A stretch of 63,220 bases of DNA, filler included, from Stramenopiles sp. TOSAG23-6 (GCA_900128565.1; 32 parts of 32 records of this genome joined end to end with filler, not necessarily neighbours in it), one strand, 5' to 3'; shown: positions 12,019-26,308, counted from the whole stretch's first letter. Notes: generated by a model not told the origin, from the letters alone. Made by a program: numbers and translations.

Positions 12019-12365
12019 GCGGTGGACCATTGGCAGCAGCAGGGAATTGTGGCACGTTTCTTGAAGTTCATTTACCTGTACGTTTTCCATTATTACATTT
12101 TCACCTGAATTGTTTTTTAATCCTATATAATAACGAAAAATGTAAAAAAATTGTATCGAATAAAAATTTCACGTATTTCCAAAATTGATTTTTTCTTCAA
12201 AATTCAGGGTCAACCAGAGATTCTTTCAGAAAAAAAAGTACCCGGGGGGTTTACTTCTGGATACCGCATGTTAAATCTACCACTGGAATTTAAAAATGAT
12301 AACAATACAGTTTTATGTGAAGGCGACTATGAAATTTGGTGGACGCAAAGACAACCAGGGACTAT
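12019..12365 (+). CDS. Unknown protein; exons 12019-12077 and 12208-12365
   Basis: Open exons joined in frame by GT-AG intron 12078-12207 (LEVHLP/GQPEIL). Confidence 0.5.
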
Positions 12366-12467
12366 GTATGTTTTATTTTTTTTCAAATTCGATTTTTTTT
12401 TTCGTACGTAATTTTGTACCTAACAAATTTAAGTTTTTTTTTTTTGAAATATTTTTCAAAAATAAAT

Positions 12468-13543
12468 ATACTGCGCAATGTTTTGTGGTATGGAGAAGAT
12501 CGCAAGAACTGCTGCTGGTATAGGTGAGAATTCAAAAGGTATAATGCAATTTATACCTTTACAAAGAATTCGTGTCGAACCAGGATTTGCGAGTTATTCT
12601 GAACCAATGCTACCTCTTAGTTTTCATGTGCTAATACGATTTGGTCGCTGGTCGGAGATTATCGATAGGGCGAATGTCATTGATTCCTATTCTGTTGAAG
12701 ATAAACATATTTTTTGTACGTTTACTGCTACGGCGTATTATGCACGAGGATTAGCTTATGCTGCAATGGATAGAGTAGACGAAGCAGAAAAAGAACTTAA
12801 AATGTTTATTTCTGTGTGTGAATTTGAGGAGATGAAGAGCCGAATTCTGCATAACAATACAATGTTGGCTATTTTTGAAGTAAATCGTAAAATGCTACAA
12901 GGTGAAATAGCTTTCAGAAGGGGAGAATTAGGAATTCGGTTATTAAAAAAGAAAGGAGATGCTGCATTGATACAGTCTAGTAAATCTCGTCTTATATCAG
13001 AACATTTATCATATATGAAAAAAGGTCTACGCTTTCTTCGTGAATCTGTTCAATTAAATGATTCTTTAGCGTACGATGAACCTTGGGGGCGTATTAGATA
13101 CTTATACAAATACTGAAATAATGTATTTTTACAGTACTATTTTTTACTCTTTATGCAATTGACATATTTTTCACATTAAATAGATGCAACCACCGAGACA
13201 TGCCTTGGGAGCTCTTTTATTAGAATATGGAAATGTTTGGCCTGGACCAGAAGCAAATAAATTTTGCATTGAAGCCATCTGTGAGTTTAGGAAAGATCTA
13301 ACTGAGTATAATCCGCGGAATGTATGGGCATTAAGAGGATTGCAAATTGCATTGGAAACACAAATAAGTTTCCAGAAAAAAAAAGATTCCAAATGTAAAT
13401 TAGATACTTCTCTTCTGAAAGAACTCGAAAATACGAAATCGCTATTTGAAATTGCTTCAAAAAATGCAGATTTTAAAGTAGAAGTGAGTTGTGCATGTGC
13501 ACTTTCTGCATTGAAAAAAAACAAAGGTTGTTGTGATAAATGA
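12468..13543 (+). CDS. TPR-domain protein C-terminus; exons 12468-13090 and 13182-13543
   Basis: HVLIRFGRWSEI, YYARGLAYAA, GEIAFRRG, LAYDEPWG(Q)MQPPRHALGALL, NPRNVWALRGL motifs of a widespread fungal/bacterial TPR family. Confidence 0.75.
13091..13181 (+). other. GT-AT intron lacking the family core
   Basis: GGG C|GTATTAG...CATTAAAT|AG ATG gives EPWGQMQP; the AG two nt downstream is out of frame. Confidence 0.7.
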
Positions 13544-14034
13544 TACTTATCCATATTTTAATGTGGTATTCTATAAGAAGAAGTTTCTTAGTTGAGAATT
13601 CTTGTCGCAAAATACAAATTAAGCAATTTTTATAAAATGTAAATACACTGATGTTTTTAAGAACATCTTTTGAAAATTAATTTTTATTTTTCTCTAAGAA
13701 AGTATTTGAATTAATGATTTATTATTTTGCAAAGCTAAATGAAAATGGAGCTGAACTTTCTTTGCTTGTATCTTCCACAGAATTACCAAAACCACCAAAT
13801 ACAGGTTTACTTTTTTCCGCCGCTGCATTTTTTCCCATTCCGGCTGGTGCTGCGTCNNNNNNNNNNNNNNNNNNNNNNNNNNNNNNNNNNNNNNNNNNNN
13901 TTAATTAATTAANNNNNNNNNNNNNNNNNNNNNNNNNNNNNNNNNNNNNNNNNNNNTTTTTTTTTTTTTTTTTTTTTCGTAAAAAAAATTTCATACCTAA
14001 CGATTTTTTTCTGTAATATTTTTTCACAATATAG

Positions 14035-15847
14035 TAAAGCTGTGAACAAAACTATAACAAAGAAAAGTCGCTCTATCGAGGATTCTACTACACAAAATTC
14101 AAATAAAGACATCAAAATAGACAAAATTGTCGATTCTTTTTTAGATTCTAATACTAAAAAAAATGACCCTAACCCTAGTAGCCCTAACCCTAATGACAAT
14201 AGTATGCATACATATAACAATCAAAGTACATCACTATTGAACAAACCAAATGGAGCCACTCCAAAAGACTTTTTGAAAATCCAAAATACATTAAAAAAAC
14301 AATCCCAAATGAAAAATTATTGCATTGCCATAGAATGTCCTTCATTAGACTTATTTCATCGTTCTTCAACAGAAACATCACAAAATGGTTATGCATCAAA
14401 GACAAATGCAATCCAAAAAGTAAAAATGAATAAAATACCAAATAAAAATGAATATAATCAACAAAATGTTTTGAGAAAAAAAGAATCTACTACATTGAAT
14501 TCTATAAAAAGTGTATCAAATAATAAGGAAGATATTTTTCATGATGCTTTTGGATGTCTTGTCATATTAAAAATGAGGTATAAAAATAATAGTCTCACAT
14601 CAAAGACATCTAAATCGTATTGGGAATATTTTGGAATGACAGAAGTTCATCGATTTACGGAATGTGATGAATATTCTCGAAGTATGTCAGAATGTAAATC
14701 TAGTCTGTCAAATACTTCAAAATTGTCGGGTAATATTTGTTTTAATGTTGTTAGATCACTTTGTTGTGATAAACCAAATGATGTAGAGTTGAGGTTTGAA
14801 TTATATTATGTGTCAACTTCAGCTATTTTTACCCCTAATCAACTATTACCCAGTGAAATGTACGCCACAACAACAACAACTTTAAGTAATTTGCTCTCAC
14901 ATTTGCCAAGCAAAATGTATGAAAGGTCTCAGTCATTAAGCCAGAGTCAATTTGTAAATTTAACACTGATGAAAAGTGGATTGGAAAAGATAGGTCATTT
15001 AAGTGTGAGTGTTGATGCTATTTTAGAAAACGCATCCGTTGCAGCACATGAGAGAAAAATGTATTGGTTTCCAAGGCAGTCATCCACAGAATGTCTGGAG
15101 ATAGAAAATGAAAAAAATATATACTTTTCTTCTGGAAAACAAAAAAAATATCAACGTCAATTTGTGATAGAAGATTTGAGTGAGTCTCCTTATACAACTG
15201 AAATACCGTGCCAGCTTTTACCTATATATATTAAAGATTTAAAACATGCATGTGTTGTTGCCGAAGAGCAGTTAATGTCATTTGAAAAATTGTACGCAAA
15301 ACGAAATTTAGGATTTTCACAGAGTGCATCAACTGGTGGAACACTTAATCAATCTGCTGCTGCCAGTAACTTTATAAGAAAATATGGTGACAGTGAGAGT
15401 CCTGCAGAATTTTCGAAGGATTCTCAACAAGTAAAACAGTCGACCGATGGATATCAAATAAATGAAGCGAAACAGCCATCGACTCTTGCATGGTATGAAA
15501 TAGTAGCTGGAACACTTCAAAGTGACGCAGAATTTGGCAAACAGCAGTACTGGTTACAACAAAGATTAGAAAAACGAAAAAAAAGATTACAGTTTACAGA
15601 GGATTGTTTTAGGTCATGTTTATTCTGGAGATCTGATAAGCTGCATTTTAAATCTAGCAGAGAAAAAAAAACACCCGAATTTTCATTTATGCCGACAAAT
15701 TTACATGTGCAGCGTATGTCAGTATTCTCAGGACATGTTGGTATGAAAAATGTCCCATTAAATGATTCAATTATGAGAGAATATGTAACACCAGACAGTA
15801 GATTTGTATCACAGGCTGAAGGTGTCTATAATATTGTAACTGTAGGG
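14035..15847 (+). CDS. Inositol polyphosphate 4-phosphatase (INPP4-like), N-terminal/central fragment
   Basis: C2-like region, then FKSSREKKTPEFSFMPTNLHVQRM...YNIVTVG matching INPP4 FK.S..K....LEFVPTNLHIQRM...YDIVTIG. Confidence 0.75.
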
Positions 15848-15994
15848 NNNNNNNNNNNNNNNNNNNNNNNNNNNNNNNNNNNNNNNNNNNNTTAATTAAT
15901 TAANNNNNNNNNNNNNNNNNNNNNNNNNNNNNNNNNNNNNNNNNNNNAAAAAAAAAAATAAATTCAAAATTGAAAAAAAAATAAAAACATACAT

Positions 15995-16584
15995 ATACTT
16001 GTAAGAAAACTACACATAAAAACATTCCAACACTACATCTTGTTATATCACCTTCTGGAATCATAGCTAAGCCACCAGTCATTGAATGTGTGAAATTATT
16101 TAAAAAATTTTGAAAACGTTTGTTAGGTACAAAATTTCGTACGAAAAAAAAATTTCAAAAAAAAAAAATGAAATTCATGAGGAGGACATACATTACACAT
16201 TTTCTCAACATTTCAACTAATTCATAATACCAATATTTATGTTTGTACGCTGTAAACAATGAACCATATTTCAATTGTGCTGATTGATATTTTTGGTTAT
16301 TATATATATGCCCTAACCCTAATACTCGTAACTGCAATGGTGCAATTAAATAATGTATTTTGGAAAAATATTTCAAAATTTTCTTAAAAAAAATATTTTG
16401 TTAGGTACGAAATTTCGTACGAAAAAAAAATTCAAATTTTCAAAATAATAAAACATACATGACGTTGTCTGTATAAAATAATGAAATACAACAATGGTAT
16501 TCCAATCACATATATTACAATACCACTACTAGCAACAAACGCTAGTGTATTCCACTCATCATTACCACAAATAATATTTGGGTC
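15995..16584 (-). CDS. Multi-pass membrane region; exons 16584-16459, 16352-16192, 16080-~15995
   Basis: IVIYVIGIPLLYF, YGSLFTAYKHKYWYYELVEMLRK motif typical of protist ectodomain-TM proteins; GT-AT introns 16353-16458 and 16081-16191 restore the frame. Confidence 0.7.
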
Positions 16585-16700
16585 ATGTAGTACAAAACAA
16601 TATTTCAAATTTTTTTTTTTAGTTTCAAAAAAAAAAAAAAAATTTGTTAGGTACAAAATTTCGTACGAAAAAAAAATTTAAAAAAAAAAATAAAAGATAC

Positions 16701-17705
16701 ATTCCCGTTTCCACCACATATTTGCTTCAAGTTCAACATCAGAAAACGACATGCCTTGTTGTTCACATACTGTACGTGGCGGACATGAAATACATACAAG
16801 TCCACTTGTACTATTTGAATTTGTGTCACCACTGCTAAATGTACCCACTTTGCATTCACATTTGCTACCATCAGCACTTGCAGCAACTTGAGCTTGAGGT
16901 AACCCTAAGCATGTTGTACATGAACCACATTTACCAGTTGGACAAACTGTTCCCTCATCACAAGGTATTGCTGCTACACTTCCTTCAGGACATTTATGTC
17001 CAACTGGACAATCTATTGTATTCATTCCATCAGGACAAAAGGATCCAGTTGGACAAATTGTTGGAGCAAACACTCCTTCAGGGCAAGTATAGGCTGTGTC
17101 TACCTTAATGGCTCCTGAAGGATCACCATTGTCTGACGTCGTGCAGGAATGAGATGTTGCTCCATTATTTAGACAATAAGAGGCTGCAGGACAAATTGTC
17201 GCTTCTTTATTACCAGCAGGGCAATAATATTGAATACCTTGTTTTATAATTTTAGATTTTTCTGCACTTTGACCTTGAGAATAAGTACATGATTCTTTTG
17301 TTTTTGCTTCGGGACAATAATATCCTTCTGGACACGTGTCCATTCTAATTGTACCTTCAGGACAATAATTACCAGTAGTACTTCCACTAACAATACAAGT
17401 TGTTTTGGTTGCAGGATTTGAACATTCATATCCTGAAGGACATCTAGCGTTTATATCTATTCCTTTTACAGGACAGTAACCACCCTCAGCAGCAGTTTCA
17501 CAAGTAATGCATTCCACTTGATTGCGCGCATTTTGGGAAAATCCTGCAGGACAATCAACACATTGTGCGGTATCTTCATTTGAATACTCACCTGCTTCAC
17601 AAGCAAAATATTCAAATAATGAACCGTTCCCATTAATCACAAAATTTTGTTTTTTCCACATTGATAAATTACATTGGCATGTATGTGTATCAGTATTATC
17701 ATATG
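16701..17705 (-). CDS. Cys-rich extracellular repeat exon (CPxGxYC; ephrin-receptor-like/TNFR-like repeats)
   Basis: Repeated CPAG/CPEGYYC units; flanked by family introns. Confidence 0.75.
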
Positions 17706-17992
17706 TATGTGTTGTGAAAAATATTTTGTTTTTTTGTTTTTTTGTTTTTTAAAGTGTTTTGTTAGGTATATATTTTCGTACGAAAAAAAAAAAATTACAA
17801 AAAAAAAAAAAAAATTAAAAAAAAAAAAAAAAAACAANNNNNNNNNNNNNNNNNNNNNNNNNNNNNNNNNNNNNNNNNNNNTTAATTAATTAANNNNNNN
17901 NNNNNNNNNNNNNNNNNNNNNNNNNNNNNNNNNNNNNTGTACCTAACAATTTTTTTTAGATTTTTTTTTTGAAATATTTTTCCAAAATACAT

Positions 17993-18501
17993 ACAGCTCA
18001 TAATTTAAAACAGAAAATGCAGTCTAGTGGAAATACAAGGTCAACAGAATTATTACAACAAAGTTTGTACAAAGAATGTTTGAATACATGTATTGGTTCA
18101 TCATCTTTTACGTTGCCATACGGCTTAAATGTTGGATGCATTCTTCCTGATCAATGTAGGGTCATGTATGTTTTCGTCATTAGGGTTAGGGTTAGGATCA
18201 TTCATTTTTTTTATCCTACACAATTCCGTACCTAACGATGTTTTTCTAAAATATTTTTTCACAATACATGGGATCAGCTGCAGCCCCATTATGGTTAACT
18301 TTTTTAGCTCAAGAAAAAGAGCCTCATGATGATGATTCATCAATAAATAATTCAAAAACAATGAATCTACTACAAAATGATTTAAACAATAGCAAATCAT
18401 TTTCTAGTAGTATTCAAGACTTGGGTGATGCATCAGTGATTAGAGCAGCAAAAGCATCTGCGTCGCGAAGAAGTACTCTAAACTCGAGTGGATATAGACA
18501 T
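17993..18501 (+). CDS. PI3-kinase-like fragment (start of catalytic domain); exons 17993-18165, 18270-18501
   Basis: Spliced ILPDQCRV-M-GSAAAPLWLTF matches the PI3K motif ECRIMSSAKRPLWL. Confidence 0.65.
18166..18269 (+). mobile_element. Introner-like GT-AT intron containing TTAGGG repeats
   Basis: GTC AT|GTATGTTTT...GTACCTAAC...CACAATACAT|G GGA. Confidence 0.8.
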
Positions 18502-18906
18502 GTACGTTTTCATCATGAATTTCTAATTTATTTATTTTTTTCATGGAAAATTTCGTACTTTTCAAAAACGATTTTTTGTTTGGTATTTTCGTGGAGGATT
18601 AGAGTATCCTGCCTGGAGCAACCCATGACTTTCAAATCTATCGCTAATTTTCAGATTTTGTTTCGTATATATATCTCTACAATTTCAAATCCTATTTTTT
18701 TTTCTCATACTAAAATGTTTCCAACTTTTACACATATTTTTTACAATATATGACGTAAATAGAAAAGATATAAGTATAAATGGAAGTTATGCAAAATCGG
18801 TTCGAAGTATCGATGAGTCTGTAGAATACGCTCATTTATAAGATTGATTATATACATGAGATAAAAAATATTTTTATATCTTTTTATTTAATCCTTTTCT
18901 CNTTTT

Positions 18907-19719
<813 letters not shown>

Positions 19720-19734
19720 ATATAATGTGAAAAA

Positions 19735-19784
<50 letters not shown>

Positions 19785-19970
19785 CTTTGGGAAAAAATTT
19801 TACCAAAAAAAAAAAAAAAAAAAAAAANNNNNNNNNNNNNNNNNNNNNNNNNNNNNNNNNNNNNNNNNNNNTTAATTAATTAANNNNNNNNNNNNNNNNN
19901 NNNNNNNNNNNNNNNNNNNNNNNNNNNACGAATTTTAAGTTTTTTTTTCAAATATTTTTCAAAAATACAT

Positions 19971-20942
19971 GCGATGGATCAAAAAGGTGCAGTTAGTATG
20001 GGTGCAAGTAGTGCAGCTTCAAGTAATGCTAATACAGTGTGGAAATTAGCTTATGCTGCGGAACCAGCGATTCGCAATAAAGTAACTAATATAATAACAG
20101 AAGTAATCCCATATCGACTCTCTGAAAATCTTGCTGCTGGTTTGACAATGAATCTTGGACCACGTGTGAAGACAGATGTTGTACACAAGACAACACCAAA
20201 AGTAAAAGAAACTGTAGGAACATTTCTGAGCTCTGAAATACCAACTAAAATATCAGCTGTTTTACCAATACTTTTAGAAAGATCATTGCCAAGAACTCTC
20301 ACCGAAGATCTCACTCGTTCAGTAACTCATGCTATTGTACCCACACTTACTCAAGCCTTAAGTCGAACACCAAAACAGGAATTCTTCTGTGATGCATGCT
20401 ATAATAGGAACGAGCATTGTAATAAATGCCACGACTCAGCTGAATCCCAATACTATACAACATATTACAGCGCATATTATTCTGATTATTATTCTGACTA
20501 CTATGAAAAATATTACGCTGATGCATTCACTAATATAGAACTAGCTCAACATGGAAAGTATCAAAAATTTCCAAAAGAAGTTAATGAAGAACGTTTCAAG
20601 CCATATACAAATCGTGATGCTTTAAATATACAAAAACGTAACTTAGGAATGAAAGATCTTTCTACACCAGCTAATTGGGGACAACCCTTATATAAAAAAG
20701 GTACAACAATGCCTTATATGGATATGAAGGATGTATTAGGTAAATCATCAACGCCGTATAGACATTATGTGAATGAAATGAGTCCTTCGGGATTATTACC
20801 ATCAACACCTTATTCTCAAAGACACCCTGTTGAAAACATATACACTTGGGACAGTAGGTTTGATTCATCATTTGAAATTCGGTACGGAAAATTATATGCT
20901 TTCCCTCCAAATAAGTTTCTTTTCTTTTATCTTTTCAAATAG
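19971..20942 (+). CDS. Uncharacterised protein exon with CxxC...CxxC and a YYSxYYSDYY tract
   Basis: 322-aa open frame following a family intron 3' end. Confidence 0.6.
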   Translation, partial: AMDQKGAVSMGASSAASSNANTVWKLAYAAEPAIRNKVTNIITEVIPYRLSENLAAGLTMNLGPRVKTDVVHKTTPKVKETVGTFLSSEIPTKISAVLPILLERSLPRTLTEDLTRSVTHAIVPTLTQALSRTPKQEFFCDACYNRNEHCNKCHDSAESQYYTTYYSAYYSDYYSDYYEKYYADAFTNIELAQHGKYQKFPKEVNEERFKPYTNRDALNIQKRNLGMKDLSTPANWGQPLYKKGTTMPYMDMKDVLGKSSTPYRHYVNEMSPSGLLPSTPYSQRHPVENIYTWDSRFDSSFEIRYGKLYAFPPNKFLFFYLFK

Positions 20943-21042
20943 ATTCTAATAAGATAATTAAAATGAAATTGCGAGACAATATAATTTATAACTTTTGAAA
21001 TTAAAATGTATATAAATATATATATATATATATACTATCTTT

Positions 21043-21761
21043 TTAGAAACAGGTTTCTTCAATCAGCCTGCGATAAAACTCATGCAACGCAATCAAATTA
21101 CATTTTGATATTTTCTCATTTGTGCCATGAAACATATCAACATCCTTCAAATCAAGTACAATAGGCGAAAATCTATAAATATCTGAACTTAATTCCCAGT
21201 ACCATCTTGTATCTGTATTTCCAATCATCAACATCGGACAACAAGGCGTGCCAAAAACAGAGGCTACGCAATTTTTAATACTTTCGAATCCAAAAGTATC
21301 TACATTCGATATTGGAGCAGGTGGAATCCAGCTTTTATGCTCTCCATCGAAACTAACTGTGGATAATTTAACACGATCGTCTGCAATTACAGTCTTGTCA
21401 TAATTGAGTACTCTATCAAATGAGACTGTAGTACGATCATTTGCATCAGTAGTACAATCTCTTGGGTGTATTCTATGATTAATATACGCTATAGCTTCTC
21501 CAGGGACAGTGTTGATCTTATTTCCTGCACGGATTACAGTAGTAGATGTTGTAGTACGTAATAATGCAGCAGTTGTATTCTTTGATAATAAAAGTCGAGT
21601 CATCAATGGTCCAAATAACCATGTATTGGCTACTATGATTTGTACACTAAAATTCAGTGAAGATCCAAGGTATCGAAGCATATCATAGAAATCAGAAGGA
21701 TGGGGAGGAAAAGGTTGTGACTCAAGTCTTGAAATAGCAGCAGCAAGTACTCCAACATTAC
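21043..21761 (-). CDS. Peptidase M20 (carboxypeptidase S/PM20D1-like), last exon
   Basis: LLRTTTSTTVIRAGNKINTVP, INHRIHP, MIGNTDTRWYWELSSDIYRFSP, FHGTNEKI. Confidence 0.88.
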
Positions 21762-21915
21762 ATGTATTGTAAAAAAAATTAAATTCGAAATTTGTTAGGT
21801 ACAAAATTTTCAAANNNNNNNNNNNNNNNNNNNNNNNNNNNNNNNNNNNNNNNNNNNNTTAATTAATTAANNNNNNNNNNNNNNNNNNNNNNNNNNNNNN
21901 NNNNNNNNNNNNNNT

Positions 21916-22388
21916 TGAAATGGGTAAGAAGTCAAAATCCACCTTGTCCGTGGGATGAATGGACGTGTTCTTGTGCAGCTGAACATGGTCACTTAGAATT
22001 ATTGAAATGGGTAAGAAGGCAAAATCCACCTTGTCCGTGGAATAAATATACAAATATTCTGGCAGCTAAAAATGGTCATTTGGAAGTGTTGAAATGGGTA
22101 AGAAGTCAAAATCCACCTTGTCCTTGGACTGAATATACGTGTCAGGATGCAGCTGAATATGGTCACTTGGAAGTATTAAAATGGNTAAGAAGTCAAAATC
22201 CACCTTGTCCATGGGATGCCGATACGTGTTGGCATGCAGCTATGAATGGTCACTTAAACGTATTAAAATGGTTAAGAAGTCAAAATCCACCTTGTCCATG
22301 GAATGAACATGCGTGTCGTTTAGCAGCTGCAAATGGTCATTTAGAAGTATTACAATGGTTGAGAGAGATGGGAGCTCCAGAGTTCTGA
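21916..22388 (+). CDS. Ankyrin-repeat protein (GHLEVLKWVRSQNPPCPW type), 3' fragment
   Basis: About six 29-aa repeats AAxNGHLEVLKWxRSQNPPCPW. Confidence 0.85.
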
Positions 22389-23101
22389 GAAAGATTCAGA
22401 TTCTACTTCTGAAGAAGAATGGTAAAATCACATTCATTTCAAATGTAGGCTATATTTTAAAATAATGAAACTAAAATTTATATTTTGTGTAAATTATAAA
22501 AGACGTAAGCTAAAATAAATCGTAAAAATTAGAAAATATATTATCATATACTCTATCACAAACAAAAATGAACACGAAATACTATTCCTCTCATTCAAAT
22601 AATCCATTGAATCAAATCTGCAAATGTAAAAATACAAACACAAAATGCTTTATATAATATAATCAATTCTTTTCTTGTGTTTTTCACACAACGTCAAATG
22701 TCAATTAATTAATTTTTCTACGAGATAATAAATAAAAATTTTGAATTTGTAATGTAAAAATAATTTGTAAAAAAGAGGTTCATGCTACATCATAAAANTA
22801 TGACAAGAATGAAAGTGTAATTATTTTTATTGCCTTTTATTATTATGAGCTATTTTACTATTTTGTTTTTTTTAAAGGCAAAATTACAAGAATGTTTGTT
22901 ACATTTACTAATCATTGTAATCTCCAATTAAATCTCTTCATTAGCTTGAACAAACATTTTGACGATTCACTCCTTGTTTTATTTTTTATTTTTGTCGTTT
23001 TGGAGTATATTGTTAACAAATTTGTTTACATAGAATGTTTTNTTATTTNTCCTATGAAATTTTATAAAAACTTCCTGNACATATGAAGTAAGCAGGTTTG
23101 T

Positions 23102-23743
23102 TTAAACAGCATGTCCTGTCCTATTTTCTGATATAAAATTTTCATCATTACCATCATACACGGGAACATGTATTGTGAAAAAAAAATATTACTTTTGAAA
23201 TTCGTTAGGTACAAAATTTCGTATGAAAAAAAAATAAAAATAAATTTTCATACTAAAAAAACGTACATATGGAGGTTCCTCTTCTTCTTCNAGGTTTTCA
23301 TCAGTAGTAACCCCTACAACATTATCAAATATAACATTACCAGCTGTTTCAAGAAAACTTTCTTTTGGTACACAGCATTTCTTATTTGGCCAAAAGTTGT
23401 ATGTATTTTTGAAAAATATTTCAAAAAAAATCCAAAAATATGTTAGGTACAAAATTTCGTACGAAAAAAAATCGATTTTTTTGTTAAGAAAAAAATAAAA
23501 CATACATTCACCAAGAAGAGCCATTGTACATGGAATAATCATTTTCGTAGTAATAAAACAATCGATAAGAATTCCAATGATGAGTAGAAAAGCAATTTCA
23601 TTCAGCGTCGGTGTTGCAGATACTAACAGAGAAAAAAATGCAACAACCATAACAATTCCAGCAGCACTAATGATGTTTGCAGTTTGGCTTATTGCCTTAA
23701 TAGTTGCATCTCTAATAGACGAACCACACCTGATTTCTTCAGC
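23102..23743 (-). CDS. MMPL/RND-family membrane protein, 3' exons 23743-23506, 23400-23267, 23167-23102
   Basis: AISQTANIISAAGIVMVVAFFSL...GILIDCFI...IIPCTMALLGEYNFWP; GT-AT introns 23401-23505 and 23168-23266. Confidence 0.8.
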
Positions 23744-23900
23744 AAGTATTTTGGAAAAATATTTGAAAAAAAAAATCGTTAGGTACAAAATTTCGTACGA
23801 NNNNNNNNNNNNNNNNNNNNNNNNNNNNNNNNNNNNNNNNNNNNTTAATTAATTAANNNNNNNNNNNNNNNNNNNNNNNNNNNNNNNNNNNNNNNNNNNN

Positions 23901-24690
23901 GCTATCGATGTTCTTCAATCCATATTCTTCGCAATTAATGTACTTTGCATTTTTCAGAAAAAACAATTGACTCATTTCTAACGAAGTCACAAAATCCGCA
24001 TATTTTCGTCTCGTAGGCTCAACATACATTCCTGACTGTATAATATTTAAGGCATTAGCGACTATTATAGAAACATGCTCAAGTGGAAGTTTCTCTGATT
24101 TATTCGCTTTCGGGAAGCAAAACTTAAAAATTGAAGCTAAACTTTGGTTGGTCTCAAGACCTAATTTTGTAACACCAACTTGAGCTTTTAAATTTTCATA
24201 TTGAACCAAATGACCAAGCATCAGTACTGAGTAGTGGCACACATGCATCCTTTTCAGGTGGGGGATTTCTGATTGCTTGCATAGTGGTAGTTGTTGATTT
24301 TGAAAGTGACACCTCGAATAGAAGTCTAACGGTAATGTCCCCCCGTTTCACAATCCCCTGAGAGTTAGGGTCCCCTGACAGTTTAGCGGAATTTGTTATA
24401 TCAATACGAATTTGTGTATCTCCAAAATCCGTGTTTACTCGGAATATATTGCTATACTTTATATCAAGATTTAAAATATTGTATCCATGCATACACTTCA
24501 ATCCTTCAGCAATGCTTGGCAAGTGACTTAATCGCTCTGATATATTTAAATTGTTCAAAGTACCCAGAGGAAAGTATTCAGTAGCTATTACATGTACATT
24601 CACTACGTTGTCATACGTAATTCTACGTTCTTTCTTGTCATATAAGCCAACAACGTTGGGACAATCGACTGTTTTCAATATTGAATAAAC
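23901..24690 (-). pseudogene. Degenerate protein kinase-like sequence, frameshifted
   Basis: IATEYFPLGTL...IAEGLKCMHGYNILNLDIKYSNIF and DAWSFG motifs; split across frames with no clean N-terminus. Confidence 0.5.
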
Positions 24691-25264
24691 ATTTTGAAAC
24701 CTGGTGCTGCAATCACCCCCTTTACAAAATGTTAGCCTAAGTTGCTGTTTCGCTGATCAATTCTTCGAACTTAAAATTATTTTCCCTTAAGAAATCGCTG
24801 ATCTCGGAACTCCTTGAAGGCGTTGTTGTCCAGTTATCTGTCGCGTAACAAACAGATGCACAAAATATTAAGTAATGTACTTTTCTAATAATCATTCTAT
24901 GACAATGTTTCTTATGATTAGTAAAGAGGTTTGCTGATATATATTCTTAGCAAGGGGAATATTCAATATTCAATTCCACTGTTGATACCGTTGTTTTTTT
25001 AGTTGAAGGTTTATATTATTTATTGTTGTGTTGTTGTTGTTGCAGCTATTTTTAAAATTTTTTTTTTGAAATTTCAATTTTGATGGGCGAGCCTAACCAG
25101 CCGGATGGAGATTTTCTAAAGTAGAGGGAAATTTGTGTTTTTTTGATAGCAAAAATTTCCAATTGACAGCATCATAATATTATATTGCTGGTATTCTCGA
25201 GCGAATGGTTATAATATTATCTTCCTTTTTATACTCATCGCATACCTCATAAGATAACTCAGTA

Positions 25265-25785
25265 ATGGACCCCTTAATGATCAACTTCAAACTCATGATG
25301 TTATTCAAAACATGCTCACTTGTCCTCAGTCTTACGGTACTCCTCATCAAAAATAAAACTTCAACAAGTGCTGTGAATATGAAAGAAGTAGAGACTTATA
25401 AAGCTATTGGTTGTTACTCTCTCGAGGAAACTGGGACGTTGCTTATGCTTAATAATAAAGCTGTAGATGGTACTGTAGTTGATTGCATGATTCACTGCAA
25501 CAATGGTGAACCAACAGATAGAAAACAACTTTTCACTCTGCTTCGTTTCGGGGCGTATGATAACACGAATACATGCTTTTGTTCATCAAAGGATATTCTG
25601 AAGCACAGTAAGCACGACCCCGAAAAATGTATTCAACAAAATTGTCTTCATCGTAAAAGAAATGGGGAATATCCTAATACTACTTGTGTAGGACAGTATT
25701 GTAAAGGATTTTGTAGTGCAAAAAATGGTAAATTTCACATGGTATTTCAGCAGATTTTGGATGATACACAAGAAAAAAGAGGAAC
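25265..25785 (+). CDS. Secreted WSC-like domain protein, 3' partial
   Basis: Hydrophobic N-terminus; YKAIGCYS...TVVDCMIHC...TCFCS. Confidence 0.6.
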
Positions 25786-25885
25786 NNNNNNNNNNNNNNN
25801 NNNNNNNNNNNNNNNNNNNNNNNNNNNNNTTAATTAATTAANNNNNNNNNNNNNNNNNNNNNNNNNNNNNNNNNNNNNNNNNNNN

Positions 25886-26308
25886 CTGGGCATAGATGTC
25901 GTTCACGACCGGGACGACTATCGCAGAGAGAGGCTGTACACTATGGCGGTAGAGAAAACATTTTCCAAATGGTTGCGAAAGCTTAAGCTGTTGTTCCGGA
26001 AACGAGCGGACCGCGGTAAGTACATGAGCTGGGAAAGGTTTTTGGAGTTGATGGTTTCGTTCGACCAGATAGACGAAGAGTTTAGCCAGCGGCAGGCCAG
26101 ACTGGCTTTTCAATGGTCGAAAATGAGGGTTTCTGACGAAATGAAGGGGTACCAAAAGCTAAAGATGCTGGATTTTGTGAGTTTGCTGGAAGTCATCGCA
26201 CGGATAGCCGACTACAAAACCATACCTCCGAAAGACACGCTACGCTCCAGTACTGGGAAGTTAAAGGGGTGTTTTCTCTGCACTTTTGAGGGGAGAAAAG
26301 AGAGATGA
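25886..26308 (+). CDS. Uncharacterised EF-hand-like fragment
   Basis: MSWERFLELM...LAFQWSKMRVSDE...LDFVSLLEVIARIAD; plausible coding composition. Confidence 0.5.
   Translation: MGIDVVHDRDDYRRERLYTMAVEKTFSKWLRKLKLLFRKRADRGKYMSWERFLELMVSFDQIDEEFSQRQARLAFQWSKMRVSDEMKGYQKLKMLDFVSLLEVIARIADYKTIPPKDTLRSSTGKLKGCFLCTFEGRKER

Noticed and set aside
23168-23446. Short ORFs sharing peptides such as [32 protein letters not shown] as a protein family
   Set aside because: They are translations of the repeated intron in different frames
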